From: Pecten maximus
Taxonomy: Eukaryota
DNA: 64,000 nucleotides
NCBI RefSeq assembly: GCF_902652985.1
Contig: NC_047018.1
Span: 9,920,001 to 9,984,000 of the forward strand
Direction: 5' to 3'
Made by a program: the position numbers and the translations under genes. Positions 44,211 through 56,347 of this stretch are shown one piece after another. The notes under the pieces are model-generated. The model was not told the DNA's origin. It did no database searches and saw nothing but the letters and a program-made list of their open reading frames with translations. Positions within the stretch are counted from its first letter, which is position 1; every line of letters starts with the position of its first letter.

Positions 44211-44642
44211 AGGTGAGAGAATCGTGTCTGTACGGATGAAAGTGTGTGTAAAATGACACGTATACCAGTAAGTAAACAAAGTCAAACACCTAACGCAATG
44301 GAATATAGTCATAATGTCATCTTTATTTTACAGCTTAGAGGGTATTTATTATTAAATATGATTCTATGAATATGATTTTCTGTTTTTACGTTGACATATG
44401 GGAGTACTTACGAAAGTGTGAGCTTTCTGTTGAGAACATTTCATTTAAACATTTTGATATAAATATTTGTTTGATATTTTATAACTTACATGTATACAGT
44501 GTTAATAAACTGTTAATTGTTCAGTTTCGTTTTATATTTATGTTTGAATTTGACGAGGAGGTTAGTTACACGCTTTCCATCGAAATTTTGGTGAGGCCAT
44601 CATGTTGATAAATCGAAGAGCTTTGCCGAATGACTGTAGACT

Positions 44643-45505
44643 TAACATAATAGTTCACTTTATTACTGATGTTGGCTATATAACATAATAGTTCCCTCTA
44701 TTACTGATGCTGGCTACATAACATAATAGTTCACTTTATTACTGATGTTGGCTATATAACATAATAGTTCACTTTATTACTGATGTTGGCTATATAACAT
44801 AATAGTTCCCTCTATTACTGATGTTGGCTATATAACATAATAGTTCACTTTATTACTGATGTTGGCTACATAAGATAATAGTTCCCTCTATTACTGATGT
44901 TGGCTATATAACATAATAGTTCACTTTATTACTGATGTTGGCTACATAATATAATAGTTCACTTTATTACTGATGTTGGCTATATAACATAATAGTTCCT
45001 TTTATTACTGATGTTGGCTACATAACATAATAGTTCCCTTTGATACTGATGTTGGCTATATAACATAATAGTTCCCTTTATTACTTATGTTGGCTACATA
45101 ACATAATAGTTCCCTTTGATACTGATACTGGCTACATAACATAATAGTTCCCTTTATTACTGATGTTGGCTATATAACATAATAGTTCACTTTATTACTG
45201 ATGTTGGCTATATAACATAATAGTTCACTTTATTACTGATGTTGGCTATATAACATAATACATGTAGTTCCCTTTATTACTGATGTTGGCTATATAACAT
45301 AATAGTTCCCTTTATTACTGATGTTGGCTATATGAAATAATAGTTCACTTTATTACTGATGTTGGCTACATAACATAATAGTTCACTTTAATACTGATGT
45401 TGGCTATATAACATAATAGTTCCCTTTATTACTGATGTTGGCTATATAACATAATAGTTCCCTTTGATACTGATGTTGGCTACATAACGCAATAGTTCCC
45501 TTTAT
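44643..45505. repeat. Minisatellite, 38-bp unit (taacataatagttcactttattactgatgttggctata), about 22 copies
   Basis: Period 38 starting at 44643. Confidence 0.95.
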
Positions 45506-48500
45506 AATGCTTCTACATATTGCTTTAGTTATTAATGTTTGAAATATTGTATTGTTATATTTACATGAATGAGTTTGACATCATGACATGTATTATTTTT
45601 GAACAGAGCAATAACACATGTTATTTTTTAACTAAATGTGCGTTCAATACAGAAATAATATTTTGAGGTTTTATGTTGATTATTGAAGTAAAATGCGTTT
45701 TGAATGCTAAGACTTGTTTAAATGTATCCACACAAAACGCCCTTTTATATACATTCTAAAAGGAAACACAAACAAACGTATCGGCGCCTCAGTTTCACTT
45801 CTCAATGAATTTGTACCAGGCGTACACATCCCTTCTGTATACCTAGTATTCCCCTCCTTTGGCAGTATAGAATCAATCACCCCTCTACTCAGCGGTATGT
45901 TTTATAGTCGAGTAGAACACCACATGATATACGATATCGTGCCTAACGTGTATTATTTAGAACCGATACCTTTTTACATTGATTAGTAACTTTACAATAT
46001 TGGAAGACTTGTCCTACATTGTGACACACTGTAATTTATATAACTTTCTAGTTTCTGACCCGACTTTAGGTAAATCAGGAATAGAAAAGTGACTACATTG
46101 ATAGGATATGACGAACAGCACGAGAAATTAGTATCAAACTAGAACTAAGCCAATGGCGAACTTTTACGACCATAGCAACCAAGTGAATATATTATTCTGA
46201 AAAATGGCCCCGTTGTATTGACTGACGTTTTGAATAATATGAATCAATAAGTTAAACCATTTGACCAAGTTTACATAATTTTATCCAAGACTGATAAGCT
46301 AATGGTCATTACATAAAAAATTGTATACTGACTCGATTACCATGGCAACCAAAATGTATGACAAAAAGTAATGTATGCACATCCACAGATTGTCCCTCAC
46401 ATTCCTGTATAGTTTCTTTGAAATCAGCTAGGCCTAACAGATTCGGAGGACTCAGGCCAAGGTATGTCTCGTCTTTTTTTTTACCACGACAACCAAATGA
46501 CATCTTTTGTTCTTGAAAATAAAATCATCACTATTCTATGCCGCAAAACCCCAATATTCAAATTAGGATAATTATGGGCGACGGAAAGGACAAATACACG
46601 ATTGAAACCAAATCAATGTAAAAATCAAAACTAATAGACATCTTTTCCAAATCAACATATGTTGTGGAATAATTAATGTTCAAAACCAAGCCAAAAGACA
46701 CGAAAACAAAACCGAATCAATTGACAAATATAAATCAAAAGACACGGTTGCAGTACAATCAAGAGATCTGAACCAATAAACTCACAAACTGACGCGAGAT
46801 GGCGTTACGGTTCATTCTACGTCATTGCTATGTGTGCACAGCAATATTCCCGCGCTAATACGTAGCATTGATTTTGCATAACAACAACAACCATGGTTTA
46901 TGACCACTTACGATTTTTGAGCTTAGCGTATCCTTTATCACTGTGTACAGATAACAATAACTGTTATAAGTATATTATCTGAACACAGTAAAGTAGGATA
47001 GGCCTAGCTTAAAAGTCACAGAATTTCAGGTTCCTATGATAGATATTACAACCTTGGATGCACTCAGAATTACTGCAGTTGATATTCTCGGGATCATACT
47101 CTAATGTCACAGCCATTACCAGGGCTACCTTATTCCCAGTCATTGAATTCATTTTCTGGATAGACAATGCTTAAACTTGAGGTGCATTTTCAAAGAGTTG
47201 ACAACCAAAAAGCACAAGTTGACGACAAGAAATTAACCGAGTTGACAAGGAAAATACGAAGCTGATTGGAACTTAGGTTCTGATTTGACCAACATCCATG
47301 TTGACCGTTATGTTTGATGTTAGACCACGTGACTTGTGAAGTTTTCCAGAAATGTGGCTTACAGCTATTCCTACAATTCTCCAATGAATACATGTATACA
47401 AAGTATCAACTGTTTCCGAGATTGTTAGTCATTAAGACAAAGCCTGTTTCCCTTAGTGGTATAAATGTTTACGGGTATTAAATATCTCATTTATCCGTAT
47501 ATATTTACATTATAAATTTTGATTATATCAACATACCAATTGAAAACAACAAACAATTGACCATGAAAACATAATGAGTACAGAATGAAAGTATCGTTTC
47601 AAGTGCTGATTTTCTATAGAACACATCAGCTGAATATTAATAAGCCAGAAAAATAGACCCCGTTTCATTTCCGTCAGTTGTGTTTTCGTTCTTTCACATA
47701 AAACAAATCGAATTAAACAAATATTATTATATTTAGTGGATACTTTGATATGTTTCTGGAAACAACGGAAGGACATGGTAAACGACGGCGCTGAGTATTG
47801 GCGGGATCACCGGCTGTTCCATTAATTTTGCATCTATTCGTAAATGGCTATTAAAAACTTAAACTTTAAAAATGACTTTGGTATTATGTTTTTTATTCGA
47901 AGGCTATGTTTTTATTCCAATCACCCTGGTATAAAATATCTGAATTAAATGGATTTTTGTTTTCATTTCCATTGCGGCTATATATAGCAGTATAGCTATC
48001 TACATATCTTCCGAGGTTAACGCCACCACGGTGTAGTAGTGCGCTCTGACCCTACATAGACATGGTGTCAGGCCCAGAGGAAACTCAATCTATGCTCTAT
48101 TGTGTCGTTTTATATGCGATATCATCTATCACTTTTAGGGGTAAATATGAATGGAACTTTCCCAGCTATTTTACCTGCGTGTTTACTTTTCCTGACATAA
48201 CGTCACGATATTTGGTCATGTATGCCAAGCCCGTACTTTGAAGACACTTGTAACAATGAAAACCTGAGATCGTTCGCTGGAGACGTATAGATAATTGAAC
48301 GATGGAAATTATAATAGTTATTTGCATTATGAAGAGAAACGTAATATTACCCAATTTAAATGGAAATATTCGCGTTGAGTCTATAAGAAAACTGATATAG
48401 TTCAATCATTTTTTTCTTTATTGAAATGAAATAAAGGACATGGTATTATTAAATATATAGTATAAAATCATATATGGCTCTCGTCTGTAAACAATATACC

Positions 48501-48801
48501 TTTGAAATGTTGATGTTAACATTGTCACGAAAGTTCCAGGTTTAACCCGGTAACTCCACTTAGGTGTGATCACTGCTTTTTAATATTTTAAAATTAGGAA
48601 CCGTTATCGATCATTCGTGGTGAATCTTAATGATATACCCTATTTAAATAACCACACTGTCAACAGATATATACAAATAAACCGGTACTACACGTATTAA
48701 CGAGTGGTACATAATACACACCGAACACATAGATGGCTGTAGTTTAAGACGTGGAACTGTTTGGTCTGACGTAGCAGTCAGTAACGATCAGACAGGCGAG
48801 C

Positions 48802-50397
48802 ATGCCGCGACCAACACACAGAAGCTTGACGATAATCTGGCGACATTCTTTGAGAATATGTTCATTGTCTTTACTGACATTTGTAGTTACCATGCTCTAC
48901 CTACATAACCGGGACGTCGACCACATCCACACAACATCTCGCATATCTAATGTCAATGACCGTCCTTTATACGACTGGCAAAGTGAGAGGAGTAATTCAT
49001 CGTCCAAGAACAACTTTCCTGTAGAGGAGGAATACGAGAATCAGAAAAATCGCATCGCTCAACGTCAAAATGAAAATACAGAGGAACATGGAGATGGTTT
49101 AAAATCAAGGGGTCGTGTCGATACAGTTCACGCAATTCGAAATCAATTAGTTGAACATAAAGATATAGCGCAGCAGGGTAACGACATTGATCGTCAAATG
49201 GTCCAGCACAAAGATTTAACTCAGGAGATCAGCAACAGTGATCGTCAAATTGTTGAGCACAAAGATATAGCTGGACAAATTAGCGACATTGATCGTCAAA
49301 TGGATCAACGTGAGGATATTATTAAACAGAATCGTGATGCTGTTCAAATCAGACATTTAAATGAAGTGAAAATGATTGAAAAAACATTTACACCTCATGA
49401 ATATCCATTTAACGTGAACTTGTCTGACATATTACGTCAGTATGATACAAGAGGCTACGCTGCCGAGAAACCAATAAATGTATTTGATCACCGCTACATC
49501 ATCCATCCCGACCAAACATGCATTGGAAGCGATACTATAAAAGTCTTGTTTATTGTGAAAAGCAGTCCCGACCATAACGTGAAAAGGGCAATCATTCGCG
49601 AGACGTGGGCAGACAGGAAACGATTTCCGTGGCTAAGGACTGTCTTCTCCTTTGGAATACCAAAAAATGGCAAGTCATTGTTAGATCTGCAAGAGGAATC
49701 TACAAAATTCAACGACATTCTTCTCGTGAACTACTCAGATGACTATTATAACCTAACATTGAAGACTATGAGCGGATTACGGTGGGCGGCAACCAATTGT
49801 GCTCATGCTTCGTATGTTGTATCTATAGATGACGACATTTACGTAGCACCCGATTTCCTGCTTAGTTTTCTCGACAAACTTCCGGTTCGGACAGCTGAGA
49901 ACCTTTATCACGGCCATTTGATTCATGAAACAGCTCCAGTGAGAGACAGAAATGGTCCTTTTCGTAAATGGTACGTTTCAATAAATGAGTATCCTTTCCA
50001 AACATATCCCAACTATATATTCGGAGGATTTGTCATCATGTCGATGTCGACAGTGAAAACATTTACAATAGCTGCCATGTATACCAAGCTGTTGAAATTT
50101 GAGGATGTTTATTTGGGGATTTTAGCAGCCAGGGTTGGAATAGACGCTACAGATAGCGGACATGTTAATGCTAAGAAAACACTAACTGTTTCCGAATCGT
50201 TTAAAACAGCCATTGCCTCTCATTTCTACCAGGATCCATACGATCTTAAAAGAGCTTGGGAATGCCATTTAAGTTTAATAAGTCATAATACTCCCAAGAG
50301 CATACTCTGTGACAATATAGGCACACGTTTGCACCATCTGAAGTCTGAAATTGACAGTATCGTGAACTGGATGGAATCTGCTAAGAAATCAATATGA
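48802..50397 (+). CDS. GT31 beta-1,3-glycosyltransferase, brainiac-like, copy 4 (531 aa, repeat-extended stem)
   Basis: TM, a long stem with 17-aa repeats, then LFIVKSSPDH...R..IRETW, YYNLTLKT, VSIDDDIYV, FEDVYLGI and IASH. Confidence 0.93.
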   Translation: MPRPTHRSLTIIWRHSLRICSLSLLTFVVTMLYLHNRDVDHIHTTSRISNVNDRPLYDWQSERSNSSSKNNFPVEEEYENQKNRIAQRQNENTEEHGDGLKSRGRVDTVHAIRNQLVEHKDIAQQGNDIDRQMVQHKDLTQEISNSDRQIVEHKDIAGQISDIDRQMDQREDIIKQNRDAVQIRHLNEVKMIEKTFTPHEYPFNVNLSDILRQYDTRGYAAEKPINVFDHRYIIHPDQTCIGSDTIKVLFIVKSSPDHNVKRAIIRETWADRKRFPWLRTVFSFGIPKNGKSLLDLQEESTKFNDILLVNYSDDYYNLTLKTMSGLRWAATNCAHASYVVSIDDDIYVAPDFLLSFLDKLPVRTAENLYHGHLIHETAPVRDRNGPFRKWYVSINEYPFQTYPNYIFGGFVIMSMSTVKTFTIAAMYTKLLKFEDVYLGILAARVGIDATDSGHVNAKKTLTVSESFKTAIASHFYQDPYDLKRAWECHLSLISHNTPKSILCDNIGTRLHHLKSEIDSIVNWMESAKKSI

Positions 50398-51742
50398 ATG
50401 TTTTCTGTATTTATATGAGTGTTTTCTTTATTACATGAGTGTTTTCTATTTTGTATGACAGCTTTCTTTTTTTATATGAGTGTCTTCTTTTTTAGTGAGT
50501 GTTTTCTTTTTTATATGAGTGCTTTCTTTTAAAGATGTATTTCTGATTGGCAAACAAATGACAACTATACGGGTAAGCATCTAGGAAACATCACATTATC
50601 ATGTTTATTTGTTATCATTTGGTTGTATTTTAATTCATTCATTCATTGATACATATACTATAACAAGCCTCAGATCCTACGTAGTTCATATCAACTAGTT
50701 TGATATCTAATTAATTAATATAATAAAGGACTGTCCCAACTGAAGGCTGAAGGCTGAAGCCAGAAGGACAGAGATCATTAACCTTCGAATGGCTTTTTAA
50801 TCAGAGGAAGTACACTGTTGGGAATAAATAAACTATGTATAGTGATTCATTATAATATATATCTGATGATTTTTATAAGCTTCCTGTACGGACTGTAACT
50901 ATATTATATTTCATTATTTTATTATATTTCATGGTAACTGGTTTTTATTATATTTCATTATTACATTTTTGTATATTACATTTTATTATTATATTTTCAC
51001 TAATTCATAAATTAATCATTTATTTGATTATGTTTGATTATGGACTTGTTTGTTTATTAGGAATAAACATTAGGATATTGATTTTTATACACGAGCTTCT
51101 CTGTGCTACTCTTGTGATTTGAATATATCCCGTTTTAACGTAACTCGTGACGTCATGTTTGCATTCACGAATCAACGAAAATGTATTGACGTCATACTAC
51201 ATGGTGAGTTGAGACTGAAAAAAACAACAAAAATTATTGTAAAATAAACCGTCTTAGACTACATGTTGTTGTGTTTATCAGTGTCTGTGTACAATTGTTT
51301 ATGTTTCAATTATCTTCCAACCACCTTAATTCTAGGGTATATGTTGATGCTGTATCTAATTTTAAATCAAGTATGCATCAAGTATGCATTTATACGATAT
51401 TTCGACATATTCACGTAACCTTTATATTACAGTGACATGTATTCCGTGTATTAGGTTTAACAAATTAAGTCGTTAGTTTAGAATACATAAGTGTAAGATA
51501 TAATGGAGAATCTCGTTCTATATATTCAACCTCAACAAAGTGCATACAAATCGTCTGTACACGTCCGTTCTTGTTCGGAACAATATAATATTGACGCATG
51601 TACCCTCCAAGCAGATTACATATTTTTAAATAACTTTCAGTCCATTCTCCTTTGTTCATTTCAATGATTGTATTAAAACACTAACTTGGCACCAGAAATC
51701 AATGCAAAAATCAATCGGCAAATAGATCTTTAGCTGTATATA

Positions 51743-51834
51743 CATCTTCGCTAGCCAAGGCTTCTGATTACGTTACACTCCACGAACCCGTTCGTGGAGT
51801 GTAACGTAATCAGAAGCCTTCGCTAGCGAAGATG
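51743..51834. mobile_element. 92-bp palindromic MITE with a 9-bp TSD (Mutator-like TSD length)
   Basis: The 45-bp arm catcttcgctagccaaggcttctgattacgttacactccacgaac pairs with its reverse complement (1 mismatch, 2-nt loop). ctgtatata is duplicated at 51734-51742 and 51835-51843. Confidence 0.85.
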
Positions 51835-52689
51835 CTGTATATAGTACTTCGCAATTCATTGAAATATACTGCATAATACATGCTCTAACTATACACGATC
51901 AGGTTTTCAAGGCTGCATGCCTGCAGATTTTCAAACATAAGATTGAGAACGTCAGCTAGAGACAGATGTTATACATTTATTTCAACATATTTTATTGGAA
52001 ATCAAATGGATTGAACATCAGGCTAAGCCTATATTAAAGTTCTCTCCATAACATATTACATTTATTTCAAATAATTAGTATCCGGTTATTAGTCAAGAAT
52101 GGAAAGTATAGAATATACATAGAAAGAGTATTTGTGAATAATATATAACGATAATCTTATGTATTTTCTTTTCTTTATGATATTTTACAAGTCATTGTTA
52201 AATATATATTAGAACTCGTTTACTACGCAGGAGAGGGACAGGTGCTTGACCAACAACAGAGTTCCCAACTATAATGACAGATGTTATACATAACTATTTA
52301 CTGAATAAAACCTAGTAAGGAATGCGATTCATCTACCTACTTTCGTGGAAAGGAATTATACACACCTAGCCTGATATCGGATTCCTTTGACATCAACAAA
52401 GTATCTGGAATTTGTTGAAATTAAAATAAATTCTGAATAAGTATTGTGATATGTCCTAAACTCTAATATAGGTGTTGTTAATGTTATGTCCTAAAATCTA
52501 AATAGATGTTGTTATTGTTATGTCCTAAAATATCATCAACTGGGTTAATAGACGAAAGTGCTATTTACCGAGAATGAACTAGTTAACCGACATTCAAATT
52601 TTCGCGGATTTTCTTGTTTCGTTCATTCGGATTGGACATTGCATTTGCCATATCTCTTCGGACCGGCTTAACCGACACCACTGGTAATA

Positions 52690-53440
52690 CGATGATGTCC
52701 AAAAGCGCTTTCGCAAACGTTAGACGAAGCAGTCAAAGTTTGTTTACTAAAATCGTTCGAGTGAAAGCTACAGGAACATGTCGAAAAATGGCTTCTACAA
52801 GGTTCGATAAACTGGATGAAGAAGCGTTTGAGAGAATTGTTGTCTGAAAAAGACAGCGCAAACGTAATGTTTTTGCTGATTTTGAATAAACATTGTTTGA
52901 TTACATAATCACTAAAACACACTTAGAAAGCCTAGAAGTGGCCATGAGTGTTGACATATGAGTGACTTATACGCTTGAAATGGTAGGACTAAATTCCGAA
53001 ACGTCACAGGTTTTTAATAGATAGCACGTGACCAAATTCCGAAACGTCACATGTGTTCAATAGTTCACACGTGATCGTGCAATAGTTATTTATAATACCT
53101 TTCCTTATGTTACACCATAAAAATGTAGACAATAGAAATGCTTTTTGAACCACATACCCCAGAAATGGTTATTACCTGGAATGAGCGCATTAATATTTTC
53201 GCGTGTTTTTTGCTTCTTTCATTCTGATTAGACAATGCATAAGCGTTTTCGAGACCAAGACGAAGCAGTCTCGGTGCGTTTACTGAAATCGTTCATGGGA
53301 ATGCTACAGGAATGATTTCGGTTTCGATAATCTGGATGAGAAGAAGTGCTGAAGAGGATTTTTTTCTGGAGAAAACAGCGCTAGCACACACAAGTTAGCA
53401 TGCGGAAAGACTATCTTCGGGAAAAAACAGTAGGAACAGT
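52690..53440 (+). mobile_element. Two diverged remnants (about 52700-52865 and 53240-53430) of a putative Crypton-like element 5' region
   Basis: The two segments are clearly homologous. They translate to MASTRFDKLDEE....L.EKDSAN and S..T....DYLREK, which resembles N-termini of Crypton-type YR proteins. This is recall of the family pattern, not an alignment. Confidence 0.4.
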
Positions 53441-53498
53441 GGAGGATATGAACATTGGGTCGAGAGAAAAAAAAATCGTCTTATTTAAATGCTGGTAT

Positions 53499-54752
53499 AT
53501 TAATAGTTCAATCGTCAGGCAGATGCAAGTAGAAAGTTTCTTGTACAAACTTTCTGCTTCCCACTAATGTTGTAAATGAATTAAAACTAGAAAGACCATC
53601 AGGTTTGGGTGATAGCTAAGGTTTATTACTGTATTGTCATTGTTACGTAATATTGCGTAAATTATCTGTCATTACATAATCTGACTAAGATTACATAATA
53701 TTGCATAAAGGAATACGTAACATATTCATAATTAATACAGATACATTTAGAGGAAAAACATGTAATAAACCATGTAGTTAATTGTCCTGGACAAAGGAAC
53801 CCTAGCTTGACTCTCTAAACTACTGATACAATCACAAAGTCAACTTCTACATAACACACATTAACCTACTCTACAGATACAAATAACTGACATTTTCTAA
53901 CATAAGAGAATTATAATAAAGGGTGGGTGGGAGAGGTAGAGTTTTGAAGCTGCCGACTTTCAAAGCAGCAACCTACGTGGTCTTTACAGTAACGCAGAAT
54001 TTTTGAAAGTGAACGGTTATCCGAGATTTCAATATACATACTAGAATTTTGGTTTGATTCAAAATGATTGGATGTTCCTTACCCTATCGAAAATTTGTTG
54101 TGTCCCAGGGGAAAACACAACTGGGCCACCATTTGTTTACATCGCTACGCAGTATGAAAGAGTCCGAGAGGATCGAAAGGATCGTAAATCGCGGGACTAC
54201 GAGACATAGAAAATGTTACTTATGTTCTAATAAAAACGATGTAAAAGGCTTACAAAATCACGAATATAGTAAATTTTAGTTCTGACAGATTAACAAACCA
54301 GAGGATAAGATTTTCTTGCGTGTAAAATTATAAAGATTTCCGATGCGCAATACCGGAAGTAAAACTTTGTATACACACAACCGGAGAAGAAACACGTGTG
54401 TAGCAGACCACGTAAGAGTGCTTCCTCTCACAATTAATAACATATTATCACAATAATACATACATTAATAGTTCAATCGTCAGGCAGATGCAAGTAGAAA
54501 GTTTCTTGTACAAACTTTCTGCTTCCCACTAATGTTGTAAATGAATTAAAACTAGAAAGACCATCAGGTTTGGGTGATAGCTAAGGTTTATTACTGTATT
54601 GTCATTGTTACGTAATATTGCGTAAATTATCTGTCATTACATAATCTGACTAAGATTACATAATATTGCATAAAGGAATACGTAACATATTCATAATTAA
54701 TACAGATACATTTAGAGGAAAAACATGTAATAAACCATGTAGTTAATTGTCC
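53499..54752 (-). repeat. Split direct repeats B1 (54752-54464), A2 (54463-53788) and B2 (53787-53499) of the Ngaro-type element
   Basis: Two apparently identical 289-bp copies (attaatagttcaatcgtcagg...gtagttaattgtcc) at offset 965. Confidence 0.88.
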
Positions 54753-55237
54753 AAACACCCAAACCTGTGTAGTGTAGTTATAATTATGTAGTGACTAGAT
54801 AAAAAGTGTCATAAATACAGATGAAAATAAAATATTGAGAAATATGTTCGGTGAAAAGTGCTGGGATCTCGTTCCATGATCAAATGCAGGCCCATTGTCT
54901 ATATAATGACACACTGCACAGGAGTACGAGATTATTCCTGATAAAGTCCACTGCATATATCCAACATATAAGGGTTCAATGTTCCTTTGAGGCAACCCTA
55001 AGTTGGGTCCTCAGCACGTATGGTTATAATCCACAGGTATCAGATACATGTACTTTCACATAATGTCCATAGAATATACACACAAGTAACACCACATGTC
55101 ACCGTCCAATATGAAAAGTATATAGTCACTGTCCAATATACATTTTACAGTTCACTGTTCATATATAGCACATGCATATGTATATATCAAGTGTAGGTAT
55201 TCATGGCAAGATTCAGGACATAGATACTTGATTTTCC

Positions 55238-56347
55238 TTAAAATTTTCTTTTAATAGCCTCCCCAAGGGAATTACTGAGACGCTGACGATGTGCCAAGGA
55301 AGGATCTATGTAGTTTTTATATGCATCACTTCTCCAATCACCTTGCGCCTGAATAAGTTCTGAGGGTAGTCCACATTCAAGCGCAAAGGATGCACCCCCG
55401 CGTCTAAAGCTATGGCCTGAATACTTAGTATGGTCTATTCCTATGTTCCTAAGGCATTGATGTAGGCGGGAGAGAAATGTGTTGTAATTTAGCAGCCTAG
55501 GACCCCCTGGGGTTGAAAACATAAAAACAGGTATCATCTTATCCTGGGTGGGACAAAGCCTGAATAAAAGCAGGATAGCTTGTGTTGGGCAAAGGGGGGA
55601 AGACATGATTAATGGTAGTGGGACGGAGAGTGTTCTTTCTCGAAACTGTATAGTTTTTGACCAATTGACATGAAGGACTACCCCCTTTGAGCTGAATAGT
55701 ACATTATGACGACTCAAGTGTTTCTCGGGACTAAATTCCTTTAAAGAAGGAGCGAGTAAGTTAGACTTCCTAAAGAAGGAGAAAAAGGCTACCAAACAAG
55801 CCGCCCAGAAACATATATCACGTGGTGCATGAAGGTCCAGTTGTGATAAAATTTGTAATAGTATGTTTGGTGTTATAGGAAGTTTTGGACAAGTAGAGTC
55901 ACCCAGGACTCTACGAGCTCCTCTTAAGAGACTGTTGGTGAAATAATTGTCAATAGGGTTGTTTAAGCCAACTTCCAGATGTAGAAGTCTTACAGCTGAC
56001 AGGTAATTCCTTATTGAGGAGAATTGTAGGCGGAATGATAGGAAGGCAATGTACCGTCCTAAATCCGCAGTAGAAATAGGCACTGGTTTTATAGCATGGT
56101 CCCCACAAAACTTGAGATATGTATCTAGATAGGTACAGTATGTGCGTCTTGTAGAAGAAGCCAAGGCGTTAGCCCTTAAGAGGGATACTTGCTCATCCAG
56201 CCTCTTGGTATTTAAAGTCGTGCCTAGATAAAAGAAGGGAAAGAGACTTGATAGACATATGGTATAACCAAGAGAAAATAGGGACTGGAGGTTGGAGTAA
56301 TGATAAAAATGTGTGAAACGCTTTCTGTTCATGTAATCGTGACACAC
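55238..56347 (-). CDS. Tyrosine recombinase of the Ngaro-type retrotransposon
   Basis: N-terminal A.ST...Y, SI.NYLSAVR.LH, catalytic R in FFSFFRKSNL, SKTIQF, LCP, HSFRRGGA (HxxR) and GDWRSDAY..Y. The start is uncertain: an ATG lies at 56332 and a splice acceptor at 56224. Confidence 0.92.
   Translation of the reverse strand: MCHDYMNRKRFTHFYHYSNLQSLFSLGYTICLSSLFPFFYLGTTLNTKRLDEQVSLLRANALASSTRRTYCTYLDTYLKFCGDHAIKPVPISTADLGRYIAFLSFRLQFSSIRNYLSAVRLLHLEVGLNNPIDNYFTNSLLRGARRVLGDSTCPKLPITPNILLQILSQLDLHAPRDICFWAACLVAFFSFFRKSNLLAPSLKEFSPEKHLSRHNVLFSSKGVVLHVNWSKTIQFRERTLSVPLPLIMSSPLCPTQAILLLFRLCPTQDKMIPVFMFSTPGGPRLLNYNTFLSRLHQCLRNIGIDHTKYSGHSFRRGGASFALECGLPSELIQAQGDWRSDAYKNYIDPSLAHRQRLSNSLGEAIKRKF

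Noticed and set aside
32680-49718. Recurrent short antisense ORFs within the GT31 genes
   Set aside because: They are shadows of the conserved sense-strand codons and recur only because the paralogues are similar.
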